Under the pieces are notes generated by a model. That model ran no database searches and was not told where the DNA came from. It worked only from the letters and a program-made list of their open reading frames with translations. DNA of 64,000 bases from an uncultured Desulfosarcina sp. (GTDB taxonomy: Bacteria; Desulfobacterota; Desulfobacteria; Desulfobacterales; Desulfosarcinaceae). Of the stretch, positions 20,499-30,130 are shown one piece after another (the first letter of the stretch is position 1; each line of letters begins with the position of its first letter). The position numbers were made by a program, and so were the translations under genes. The stretch spans positions 192,001 to 256,000 of the forward strand of contig CAXXWQ010000004.1 of NCBI GenBank assembly GCA_963674945.2, in the 5' to 3' direction.

Positions 20499-21098
20499 TT
20501 ATTCAAAATCTAAATCAATGCTCATATTTGGATTAAATTGTTCAACCCACCTTTTTTTCCACTTATTTATTTCATCAAGCATTTCTTTTTTAAGTTTTAA
20601 TTCACCTTTTCCAGCAATACCAACTATTGTATGAGGCATAATCTTATATCCAACTCCAAAAACATAACTATTTTTAAATCTTTTTAAAATACTTTTAAAT
20701 CCTTCTGGTGTAAATCTCCAATAATCATTGGGATGTGAGTGTATAGGAAAATCCATAACCGATGATATAATCAATTTACCGTTCGGTTTTAAAATTCTAT
20801 GAATTTCATCAGTAGCCTTCCTTACATATTCAACATGTTCAATTGTATCAACACAAATAACAGTACCAGCTGTATGATCAGAAAGTTTTATTGAATGTAA
20901 ATCCAAAACTTTATCAACACCTCTACCTTTACGCAGATCACAACCAAAATATATCTTATCCTTAAACAATGGTCTTAAATCAGCAAATCCTTCTTGTCCT
21001 TTTACCTGATATGATCCGAATTCATAAACCGGTTCTTCAATATCTTGGTACTTTACAAAAATTCTTATAAATTCTCTAATTAGTTCTCTCAATGACAA
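20499..21098 (-). CDS. Class I SAM-dependent methyltransferase
   Basis: YEFGS, CVDTIEHV, RILKPNG, FPIHSHPNDYWRFTPEG. Confidence 0.8.
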   Translation of the reverse strand: MSLRELIREFIRIFVKYQDIEEPVYEFGSYQVKGQEGFADLRPLFKDKIYFGCDLRKGRGVDKVLDLHSIKLSDHTAGTVICVDTIEHVEYVRKATDEIHRILKPNGKLIISSVMDFPIHSHPNDYWRFTPEGFKSILKRFKNSYVFGVGYKIMPHTIVGIAGKGELKLKKEMLDEINKWKKRWVEQFNPNMSIDLDFE

Positions 21099-21459
21099 TT
21101 TTCCATAATCACTACCCCGCTAAAAAAGGAAGGTTTAATTATTAATATTATTTTTTATATCTGATTTTGTTTAAATTGGTATATCCTTAATTGCTTTAAA
21201 TCATAATCATCCAAAAAAATGCGTTCTTACTGTACAAGAATGTAAGTAAAAATTAACCATTAAAAAGAATCATTATGAAGCAGAAATTACACTATCAGAA
21301 GCCTTTAATTTGTTCAATGAAATCCAAAGACAACGGGAAAATCCTTTTTATTTAATCATACATTTTATAGATTTCATCTATTAAGGTCATAAAACTTTTT
21401 GAGTAGTTATCCACGGGAAAAGATATATGATGATAGTTTGATGTTTCTACAAAACACAA

Positions 21460-22125
21460 TAAAGGATCCACCCTTAGAAAGGGTGGTATTGAGTTAACCC
21501 CTAAAAGGGGGTGAGTTTTCCTTGCCCCCAAAGGGGACAAGGAAAGTTGAGTTGCCCCCTTGTCTTTTCAGAACAGGCTACGTTGTTCCAGTCGCCGTTC
21601 CTGATTCTCTTGGTACTTGATATATTTACGGATCATCTCGGAATCTAAACCGACGGTATCCACACAGTATCCTTCAGTCCAGAAATGGTTGCCCCAATAG
21701 GGGCGGTGTTTCAGTTCTTTGAATTTGTTGGAAACTCGGATCGCTGACCTGCCTTTTACCATGCCGCAGTAATCCGATATCGATACTTTGGGCGGAACCA
21801 TCACCAGCAAATGGACATGGTCTGGCTGAATATTCATTTCCACAATCTCTATTTCCTTTTGCTGGGAAAAGGCTTTTATGTAATTCCCTACTTCATGGCT
21901 AACATGCCCAGTCAAAATGCGGTAACGGTACTTGGGAACCCACACAATATGGTATTGGCAATGCCAAATTGTGTGTGGTAGTTTTCTGAAGCGGCTCATT
22001 GCTATCTCCTTTGGCTGAAGTTGTGGGGACAACTCTCAGCTCCGAGGTAGCAGTGAGCTGTTCAATTGGCAAAGCCTTTGAACTCTGACCATGCCCTAAG
22101 GGCATGGATTTCTGCTTCGCATTAA
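21460..22125 (-). mobile_element. IS200/IS605-family element (tnpA only, no tnpB); boundaries approximate
   Basis: Y1 transposase flanked by hairpins at 21468-21545 and 22037-22107; GC-richer than the AT-rich flanks. Confidence 0.8.
21568..21999 (-). CDS. tnpA: IS200-type HUH/Y1 transposase
   Basis: HTIWHCQYHIVWVPKYR, DHVH (HUH), FWTEGY, catalytic Tyr in KYIKYQ; RBS AAGGAG before ATG 21999. Confidence 0.92.
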   Translation of the reverse strand: MSRFRKLPHTIWHCQYHIVWVPKYRYRILTGHVSHEVGNYIKAFSQQKEIEIVEMNIQPDHVHLLVMVPPKVSISDYCGMVKGRSAIRVSNKFKELKHRPYWGNHFWTEGYCVDTVGLDSEMIRKYIKYQENQERRLEQRSLF

Positions 22126-22448
22126 ATAATTGTTTGCTAAACTCTCGCAATTTTCCGGCCTAAACCAACTCAAAGGATGTTAATATTTTTTAAATTCTAA
22201 ACAAATATTACTTTTTTTATTATCGGTATATGTTGGTGTCTGAGTGCTATTGTCGGTATTAAAAAAGTGCATCAGATCTTTTCACTTTATCATATCGAAA
22301 ATATAGACGATATATATCAAATAGTTCTTTCCGATCTAAATCGTTCTTTTTTGAGGCTTCCTTTGCGTGAATTTATCTGCAGCTGTCTGAGATAATACCT
22401 ACTCAAATTTAGTTTATAAAAACACAAAGAACTGTCGACTTACTAATA

Positions 22449-23636
22449 TTATAAAGAATTCAAATAGAATATATCACCTTTAAACAGTTTTGATATATTA
22501 TCAAAAATTATTCCAGGTTTTTGAACAGTAACCAAAAGAATATCAATTTCGTGTTGATTTATTTCATTTGGATGATATACTTTATAACCACATCTCCACG
22601 TTCCTACTTTATAAGGATCGATATCAAAAATTCCTTTAATATTTAATTTAGAAAAATCTAAATATTTTGTTAATTCTTCTAAAAACAATCCAGCTCCATA
22701 CAAAAATATATTTTTATTTTTATATTTTTTTTCTATCTTTTTTAAATTCTTTTCAATATATAAATAATTTGGTTTATTAATATCAAATACTTTGTCTTCT
22801 ACTAAAAAACTTTTATTGAAACCTTGCTCAATTGAGAACGCAAGATTAACAAGAAAACCCATTCCCATTCTATTTTCAGACATATCTTTTCTCAACATCA
22901 AATTTCTGATATAACAATCATAATACTTATGTTTCTTTTGTTGCTCACCAATCACTGTATTGGCATAATTTAAGTCTTTTGATAATGGTCTATGGTGATA
23001 GTTTGCCAATAATTTAGGAATAACATTTATATCATATTTTTTTACAAATCTAAGATTAAACTCCCAATCTCCTAAAACAGGAAGGCTCTCATTATAACTT
23101 CCAATCTCTTTATAAACATCTCTTAGATAAACAAAACTAATTGGCGGGAACAAATTCATTGAAGCTATTTGAAAAATGCTAATATTATATAAATTGTTAT
23201 TATATGGTTCAATTAATACAGTATTAATATGATCATTTCTAATTATTTCGATAATTCTTTTTGAATGGGTAATAACTCCTTTGCAATTTGAATTTTTAAG
23301 TTCTTTTACACATTCTTCTAAAAATGTTTTATACCATGTATCATCATCATCATGAATTACAATATACTCACTATCGGAGTTATTTATACCAATATTCGAG
23401 GCTGCCTCCATCCCCAAATTAACTTCATTATGGATCACCTTTATGCGTTCTCCGAAGCCTTCCATAAATTCAGCAACAACATTTTCAACGTCGTCTTTAT
23501 CACCACCATCATTCACAATGATTAATATCCAATCTTTCATTGTCTGTTTCGTTACACTTAAAATTGCCCTTCTAAGTAAAAGAGAACGATTTTTAGTCCT
23601 CATAATAATTGCAACGTTACCTTTTATCATAGCCAA
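22449..23636 (-). CDS. Glycosyltransferase family 2 with C-terminal Rossmann-like domain
   Basis: IIMRTKNR, IVNDGG, IHDDDD, LGDWEF; C-terminal IFLYGAG. Confidence 0.85.
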   Translation of the reverse strand: MAMIKGNVAIIMRTKNRSLLLRRAILSVTKQTMKDWILIIVNDGGDKDDVENVVAEFMEGFGERIKVIHNEVNLGMEAASNIGINNSDSEYIVIHDDDDTWYKTFLEECVKELKNSNCKGVITHSKRIIEIIRNDHINTVLIEPYNNNLYNISIFQIASMNLFPPISFVYLRDVYKEIGSYNESLPVLGDWEFNLRFVKKYDINVIPKLLANYHHRPLSKDLNYANTVIGEQQKKHKYYDCYIRNLMLRKDMSENRMGMGFLVNLAFSIEQGFNKSFLVEDKVFDINKPNYLYIEKNLKKIEKKYKNKNIFLYGAGLFLEELTKYLDFSKLNIKGIFDIDPYKVGTWRCGYKVYHPNEINQHEIDILLVTVQKPGIIFDNISKLFKGDIFYLNSL

Positions 23637-23680
23637 AAAATTTTCTCTCTGTAATATTATTTATGAAGAATTAACGATTT

Positions 23681-25960
23681 TTAGTTTCTTAAAATTTCAT
23701 TCTCAATAATTTCTAAACGCTTTTGATCAAGGCCCATTTTTAATAATTGTGAATAAATTTCGAGTGAATAAGTACTAGCAATATAAATTTTATCATAATT
23801 AAGGTTTTTTAATTTTTTAGGATGAATGACCTTAAGCCCACAGTATCTTGATCCTTGCTTAGCTACGTCGTTATCAGCAAAATAAATGGGCCTTTCAAAA
23901 AATGATAAAATTTTAAAAGCTCTTTTTCCTCCTATGCTTGCACCAAAAATGATAATCTTTTTAAAATTAATGGGTAAGAATTTTTTAATATGGCTAAAAA
24001 ATATTATAAATTGCAAAAAATTGCAGTTAAAGAAAGCCGTAAATTTAATTTTTTTCACAAATATTGCTATGTTATTATAAAAGTGACTTGTTAAAGTCGA
24101 TGTCCCCTGTGGCCACAAATCATCCTTAGCCCCTCCAAATTTCAGCAATATTTTTATAAAATTTCTTATCTTTACAACTTCACATAGAGGCCTAATTACC
24201 TTTGATGATTGCTCTATTTCAACAGGATATTTCCCAAAAACTTCAGCTTCTTCTTTCGTCGGATTTTGAAAGAAATTCATTGCATTCAATACTGTCGAAT
24301 TTGAAATTTTTTTCCACTCACTATAACTTATATTGTGCACCAATTCTTTTGCAAATGACACTATTGACTCTTGAAGCAAAAGAACCCCCCAGTCTAATCC
24401 CAAACAATTTTTTTCAGATAATAATTTAGGCTTTATGCCATCAGATGATTCAGCATATCCAACTACAGAACCATGTGATCCAGAAAAAAAAATTTCAATA
24501 GCGTAAGGACATTTAGAAATCCATGCGTTCTCTTCTGGGCAAACTGTATGAAAAAAAAATGCCGAATCGTTAACTTCATTTCTATCGCCGGCTTGCCTTA
24601 GTAGTGAAAAGTATAATCCATATAGATCCGAAGCATAATCATTTCCCACAATTTCTCTCAATGCAGATAAACAACGGCCAGACCATCCAACATCTACAAC
24701 TCCAATTTGACTACCATCCAAAAATCCATTCTGTGTTAAATACCTTTTTGTAAGCTTCTTCGAATTATTCGCATTCTTCAATATTTTTAGAACAACATCA
24801 TGATCACAAAATAATTCTCGCAAATATTGTCTTCTGCTTTTTAATAAGCTTCTTTTTGAAGGTGCAAAACCATGCTTTGTAATAAAAGGCATTATATCAG
24901 AAACTTTGAGATTAACGCGGGACAATAATACATCTATTGGTATATCTAATGAAGACTCTAATATCCATTCTAATTCCTTTTCCCCTATTTCTTTAATTGA
25001 TGGTAAGATCCAGGCGCGTCTTGAACCATACAGATATTTTAACTCAATATTTTTATTCATCCACGGTAATAGGATGTTAGCAATTTTTATTAGAACTTCT
25101 CCATCACGACTTACAAAATATAATTTCGATAAATTTAGCTCTTCTGCTTTTTCAATACACCACGAAACAAATCCACAAAGAATTGGCCCCGCTACTGAAG
25201 TTCCTGTATCCCTTATTATTCGATCAAAGTCATTTTTTCCACTATTTTTTAACCTAGCCAACCGAGAAGAACCAGCAACTCGCGATAGCAGAAATCTTTT
25301 CTTCGGATCGAAACTTGCCAAACATTCTTCTCTTTTTGTTAATTGAGACTCTTTAAATAGAACGCTTTCCAAACCAGCCAACTTTGCACCCTTTTTATCG
25401 GCATCTATGTTGTCTCCATAATGTATCCAAACTGATCTTTCTACTTGATTTACTTTTTTTTTCACACATTTAAATAATTCACCTGTCTTTTTGTTACAGC
25501 GTAGTTCAGATGATGTGTATATTCTGTCACTTTCTTCAGCAATCCTTTTTTCGATTAAAATTTTTCTTAAAAACCATTTAGGAAGATACGTATCAGAAAT
25601 AAAAATGATTGGTTCTCCTATTTTCCTAATTTTTTTAATTTGATTACACATCTGTGGAACAGATCTTATTGATTTTTCCTCCAAAGATAGCTCCATATCA
25701 ATTAGCATCGGAATGTATTTTTTTTCTAAGTTCAATAGATCAGCTAACTCCGATACAATTTCTTTTAATGTACATTCTAATCCTAAAGCATTTTTTCTTG
25801 CCCTCTTTTCTGCCTGAATTCTTTTGCTGATAAATTGTTCAGCAGGCATGTGTATTATGTCTATTTCAGATAATATTGATCCAAGTTTTAAAAAGAGATC
25901 TTCTGGAGTTGCCCAAACACGTGTAATGCAAGTATCAAATATGTCGAATGAATATACCAC
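23681..25960 (-). CDS. HAD phosphatase + PRTase-like fusion (putative ribofuranosyltransferase) with C-terminal Rossmann-like domain
   Basis: SFDIFDT, ISDTY, HYGDN..AD, FVSRDG, GVVDVGWSGR, EIFFSGSHGS; C-terminal IIIFGASIGG. Confidence 0.7.
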   Translation of the reverse strand: MVYSFDIFDTCITRVWATPEDLFLKLGSILSEIDIIHMPAEQFISKRIQAEKRARKNALGLECTLKEIVSELADLLNLEKKYIPMLIDMELSLEEKSIRSVPQMCNQIKKIRKIGEPIIFISDTYLPKWFLRKILIEKRIAEESDRIYTSSELRCNKKTGELFKCVKKKVNQVERSVWIHYGDNIDADKKGAKLAGLESVLFKESQLTKREECLASFDPKKRFLLSRVAGSSRLARLKNSGKNDFDRIIRDTGTSVAGPILCGFVSWCIEKAEELNLSKLYFVSRDGEVLIKIANILLPWMNKNIELKYLYGSRRAWILPSIKEIGEKELEWILESSLDIPIDVLLSRVNLKVSDIMPFITKHGFAPSKRSLLKSRRQYLRELFCDHDVVLKILKNANNSKKLTKRYLTQNGFLDGSQIGVVDVGWSGRCLSALREIVGNDYASDLYGLYFSLLRQAGDRNEVNDSAFFFHTVCPEENAWISKCPYAIEIFFSGSHGSVVGYAESSDGIKPKLLSEKNCLGLDWGVLLLQESIVSFAKELVHNISYSEWKKISNSTVLNAMNFFQNPTKEEAEVFGKYPVEIEQSSKVIRPLCEVVKIRNFIKILLKFGGAKDDLWPQGTSTLTSHFYNNIAIFVKKIKFTAFFNCNFLQFIIFFSHIKKFLPINFKKIIIFGASIGGKRAFKILSFFERPIYFADNDVAKQGSRYCGLKVIHPKKLKNLNYDKIYIASTYSLEIYSQLLKMGLDQKRLEIIENEILRN

Positions 25961-25979
25961 TGAATATTTATAGTTCTCT

Positions 25980-26852
25980 TTATATAAATTTTAAAGGTCT
26001 AAATGCGAACATCCACTTTTCAATACGGTATAATATCTTTTCAGGCTCCTTCAGATGATACTTTTTCACGCGAATATCAAATAGACCAAGCGTCACACCT
26101 ACACAGACAAAATATGGTGCAAACCAACCATAAATTTTAAATCCTCGTTGAATATTCCGTATCAATACACGAAATAAAAGAAACACAAACTTAGAACGCT
26201 TAAAGTATTTTCGCATAATAATTGTTTCGTTACGTGCTGTAAATAATAATAGCTTTTCAGGTTGTTGATGCAAAATAGGTGCACGATGCCGGACCCTAAT
26301 GCTTCTTTCACGATCAATTTCAAATCCAGCATTAATCACACGTATCGACAGATCCCATTCATCAGCGTAGATAAAAAAATTCGGATCATGACCTCCTACT
26401 TCAAAAAATGCAGTTTTTCTGAAGGCGACACCACAGCCGATATAACCCACGGAAGTCCCTCGTCGATAAGCCGGCACATCATTGCATGGGAAAGGTCCCC
26501 CTTCTACAGCAAGTGGAATTATTCCAAGATTCTGGTCTGTGTTAAAACGTTCCGAAAGAATAGTTAGATCATCAGATTCTATGTGCGAATCATCATCTAA
26601 TTTTATTATTACCTCGGCCTCCGTTTGAATTGCTCCAAAATCCCAAGCGCATGACCCAATATTATGAGGTAATTTTATTAGTTTTACTGAGTCCTTTTGC
26701 ACGTGTGACTCAAGCAATTCAATCTTTTCAGAATCTGAACCATTATCAACAACAATAAACTCATGTTTTTTATGCAATGATGCCATCTTCCGCAGCGATT
26801 CTATCACCTCTTCGGGTCTATTATAATGTAATATAATTATGGCTATATTCAT
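25980..26852 (-). CDS. Glycosyltransferase family 2
   Basis: VVDNGS, KLDDD, FFIYADEWDL. Confidence 0.85.
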   Translation of the reverse strand: MNIAIIILHYNRPEEVIESLRKMASLHKKHEFIVVDNGSDSEKIELLESHVQKDSVKLIKLPHNIGSCAWDFGAIQTEAEVIIKLDDDSHIESDDLTILSERFNTDQNLGIIPLAVEGGPFPCNDVPAYRRGTSVGYIGCGVAFRKTAFFEVGGHDPNFFIYADEWDLSIRVINAGFEIDRERSIRVRHRAPILHQQPEKLLLFTARNETIIMRKYFKRSKFVFLLFRVLIRNIQRGFKIYGWFAPYFVCVGVTLGLFDIRVKKYHLKEPEKILYRIEKWMFAFRPLKFI

Positions 26853-26855
26853 TTC

Positions 26856-27329
26856 TCAAATCTGCCACAACAATAGGCGAGTTAAGATAATTGAAAGTGG
26901 CCAGCATATCAATAAAATCATGTTTTCGATGATTGTTAATAAGCGTAAAGTTAAGTAAGAAACACGCTTTAATCTGGAGGCATATGGCATCACAAACCAA
27001 TTGGTTGTATTGCACCGACTTGATGCAGCAAACACATTCCCGTACCCGGCACCATACCTGTTACTAATAGGAATAACGACAGCGCTGAAAGATTGTTTTA
27101 TTTTTAATTTTTTATGAAAGCCTTTTAAACCTGTTTTAACTTCTATCACTTTTGAAATCCGGGGGTCACTTAGGAGTTCTTTACATCGACCCGAATTACT
27201 TGCAACGACAAATTTTGTATCGGGCCAACGAAGTCTACACGCCTCTATTACTATATCCAACTTTTCAATGGAGACTGTACGAAATACCAAAACCTCATTT
27301 TTTGTATTGTGTCCAATTCTATTATCCAA
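26856..27329 (-). CDS. Hypothetical protein with hydrophobic C-terminus
   Basis: 157-aa ORF tightly packed between two GT2 genes (8-bp overlap upstream, 3-bp gap downstream). Confidence 0.6.
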   Translation of the reverse strand: MDNRIGHNTKNEVLVFRTVSIEKLDIVIEACRLRWPDTKFVVASNSGRCKELLSDPRISKVIEVKTGLKGFHKKLKIKQSFSAVVIPISNRYGAGYGNVFAASSRCNTTNWFVMPYASRLKRVSYLTLRLLTIIENMILLICWPLSIILTRLLLWQI

Positions 27330-28179
27330 GGTATGAAAACCCCACCCTCCAATCAGGATTTATTTTAAAAAAAATTTCTTCTTCCAATGGAAGACGCTTT
27401 TTTGGATATTGGGCCTGCAACGAAATTGCACTACGAGCAGCTCTTATATAAATCGTTGATCTATGCAAAATAGAATATGCGAAAACCCATTGCAAATATT
27501 GAGATAAGTTTTTTCGTATGATTATTGAGGGCGTATATCGTAGAAGAAAAATCATCATATTTCGCGTATACAGATATGAATGCACGGCACTACTCCGGTT
27601 TTCTTGAGCGGACCGATGAAATACGAAAGCATTATCCGATTTATTCAAATGCCAACCTTTATAAAGTGCACGTGCCGTCCAGTGCAACTCATTAGTAAAA
27701 AGGAACAATTCTGGATCATATCCACCTACGTCTTTGAGGGCAAACCGATTAAATAAAACTCCAGCCGAACTAAAGCCATATGTCTCTGATAAACTAAGTG
27801 GATTGTTAAAAAATGTATCCACCTGCTTTCTTCGAACACTCAGAGCAACAGCTGCTAGTTTCGATTCTTTTATAGTTTTATTTCGCAGCAAACGGATACT
27901 ATTATTATCTGGAGAACTATCATCGTCTAATGACAGAACCCAATCACCTGTTGACAACGAGTAAGCGAAATTGCTACCAACAATTCCGAAATTCCCACCT
28001 GTTTTTATCAATTGAACATCAGGAAATTCGGTCCTCACCATTTTAAGAGTTCCATCACTTGATGAATTATCAGCGACGATAATCTCATGCCAGAGATCTC
28101 TTTCCTTGTGTAAATCAACTAAGGTACGTCTTAGTTCTTTACAGCGATTGTAGCTTAATATTGCGACACTTATTTTCAC
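27322..28179 (-). CDS. Glycosyltransferase family 2
   Basis: ILSYNR, VADNSSSDG, SLDDD, GGYDPELFLFTNE. Confidence 0.85.
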   Translation of the reverse strand: MKISVAILSYNRCKELRRTLVDLHKERDLWHEIIVADNSSSDGTLKMVRTEFPDVQLIKTGGNFGIVGSNFAYSLSTGDWVLSLDDDSSPDNNSIRLLRNKTIKESKLAAVALSVRRKQVDTFFNNPLSLSETYGFSSAGVLFNRFALKDVGGYDPELFLFTNELHWTARALYKGWHLNKSDNAFVFHRSAQENRSSAVHSYLYTRNMMIFLLRYTPSIIIRKNLSQYLQWVFAYSILHRSTIYIRAARSAISLQAQYPKKRLPLEEEIFFKINPDWRVGFSYLG

Positions 28180-28251
28180 TTTTTCTCTTTATTATCATCT
28201 ACTTTATAAAACTTCATACCACGTTAATCAACACTATTAAATGTTATGTAA

Positions 28252-29358
28252 CTATACGACTAAAAGCCTTTTTACCGATGCCAGTGCGGCTTCAATTACC
28301 TTATCCATGTCATAATAACGATACTCTCCAAGCCTTCCACCAAAAGTTACCGGAACTTTTTCATCGTCCTTTCTTTTTATATATCTTTCATATTTTTTTT
28401 GATTTTCTTTTGTGTCCACTGGGTAAAATTCAGGTAGCCCTGCTTTCCAATTTTGTGGTGTCTCGATTGTAACTAATGTTTTTGTTGTACTATTATTATC
28501 AAAATGTTTGTGTTCAATTGTTCGGGTATAAGGAATGTCTTCATCAGGATAATTTATAACAGGTGCACCTTGGGCATCATGTATATCGATCAAATTATCC
28601 TTGAATTGAAGAGACCTGTATTCCAATACACCTTCAGACCAATCAAAAAATGAATCAATGGGCCCTGTATAGATAATATGGTCATAATTTTTAAAAAAGT
28701 AGCTGCGATTCTCATTAAAATCCACATTTAGATCAACCGGAACATCTTTCAGCATCCTCTCAAAAATTCTTGTATATCCTTGAACAGGTATGCCCTGATA
28801 AGGATCGCTAAAATATCGATCGTCAAAATTCATACGAATTGGAATACGCCTAATGGTTGCTGCAGGAAGTAAACTGGGATCTTTCTGCCATTGCTTAATT
28901 GTATACCCTTTGAAAAAAAGCTCGTAAATTTCTTCTCCAACTTGATTCAGGCACCATTCTTCCAAAGATTGTGGGTTTGTGTATCTATAACGTTTTTCTT
29001 CTATGCATGTTAATGCCTCTTCAGGTGTGGTTACACCAAAAATTTGATTTAGTGTTAGTAAATTTATCGGAAACGAATAAAACTTTCCTTTAGAGTTTAC
29101 TTTTACACGATGTATGTAATTATTAAATTTTGAGAATTGATTAACATAATCCCAAACAGATTTGGAATGCGTATGAAAAATATGAGCTCCGTATACGTGC
29201 TTATTACAACCCATTTCCGGCCTGTACTCAGTGTAGCAATTACCACCAATGTGATCCCGTTTTTCAACAACTTTCACTTTTTTTCCGGCTTTTAACAATT
29301 CCCTGGCGCAAACGGCACCATAAAAGCCTGCTCCGACAATAAGATAGGATTTAGCCAT
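28252..29358 (-). CDS. glf: UDP-galactopyranose mutase
   Basis: VGAGFYG FAD motif, HIGGNCY, YGAHIFHT, YTIKQW, GRLGEYRYYDMD. Confidence 0.95.
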   Translation of the reverse strand: MAKSYLIVGAGFYGAVCARELLKAGKKVKVVEKRDHIGGNCYTEYRPEMGCNKHVYGAHIFHTHSKSVWDYVNQFSKFNNYIHRVKVNSKGKFYSFPINLLTLNQIFGVTTPEEALTCIEEKRYRYTNPQSLEEWCLNQVGEEIYELFFKGYTIKQWQKDPSLLPAATIRRIPIRMNFDDRYFSDPYQGIPVQGYTRIFERMLKDVPVDLNVDFNENRSYFFKNYDHIIYTGPIDSFFDWSEGVLEYRSLQFKDNLIDIHDAQGAPVINYPDEDIPYTRTIEHKHFDNNSTTKTLVTIETPQNWKAGLPEFYPVDTKENQKKYERYIKRKDDEKVPVTFGGRLGEYRYYDMDKVIEAALASVKRLLVV

Positions 29359-29440
29359 GAAAGCGCTCTATCCACTATTCGTAATAACAACAAACAAAAT
29401 TACACAATAGGAGTTAACATTACGGCTCAGATTTTTCATT

Positions 29441-30130
29441 TTATTTTTCACTCAGCAATCTCTCAAGATCAACAACCGAATCAAGGTTTATTCGCGCCTG
29501 ACAACATGATGATAACCTTTGGTATATTCCCTCTCCAGTCGCTACTTTAACTGATTCCCAGTTTAGATGTTTGGCTCCTAAAAAATCTTTCTTTGGATTA
29601 TCACCAACATATATCAACTCCCGACCCTTTAGGAAAAACGTTCTCTCGTACCATTGAAATAGTTCAATTGCCGGCTTTTCCAAGCCCAATTCATCACTAT
29701 AGAGGATCTTGTCAATCATTTTATCCAGTCCTAGCGCTTTCACTTTCTTTTTTTGAACGCTTAATCTTCCATCGGTGAGAATACCTAATCGATATTTCTT
29801 TCTGAGTCTTTCCAACATTGGAACAACACCATCAAAACAGTTTATATCTGGCTCATGTTCGATAAAGACACGTATCAGTTCAGGAACAATATCCGGATTC
29901 AGATCAAGTCGTTCCACCAGTCTATCGAACATATAAGGATAAGACGCACCGAATTTGGTCAAGATCTTTTCCAACTCATGCAAAACGATTTTTGGATCGA
30001 TGCCGATCTTTTCCGCCATCCATGCCGCTACCACTTTGAATCCGCTACGCTTGTATTCTATCTGGGGATATAGGGTATCGTCTAAATCGAAAATGATTGC
30101 TTGTATTTTAGATAGATTATGATTTGCCAC
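29441..30130 (-). CDS. HAD-family hydrolase (start uncertain; GTG 30130 lies inside a repeat)
   Basis: IFDLDDTLY, LTDG, KP, YVGDNPKKD; the ORF-track extension to 30232 overlaps vapC and looks spurious. Confidence 0.8.
   Translation of the reverse strand: MANHNLSKIQAIIFDLDDTLYPQIEYKRSGFKVVAAWMAEKIGIDPKIVLHELEKILTKFGASYPYMFDRLVERLDLNPDIVPELIRVFIEHEPDINCFDGVVPMLERLRKKYRLGILTDGRLSVQKKKVKALGLDKMIDKILYSDELGLEKPAIELFQWYERTFFLKGRELIYVGDNPKKDFLGAKHLNWESVKVATGEGIYQRLSSCCQARINLDSVVDLERLLSEK

Noticed and set aside
21277..21287. GAAGCAGAAAT matching the far IS end in inverted orientation
   Set aside because: An 11-bp match about 180 bp outside the hairpins; IS200 elements lack terminal inverted repeats, so likely chance
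24484..24559. A9 tracts in the HAD-PRTase gene as phase-variation sites
   Set aside because: Expected in very AT-rich coding DNA, and the frame is intact
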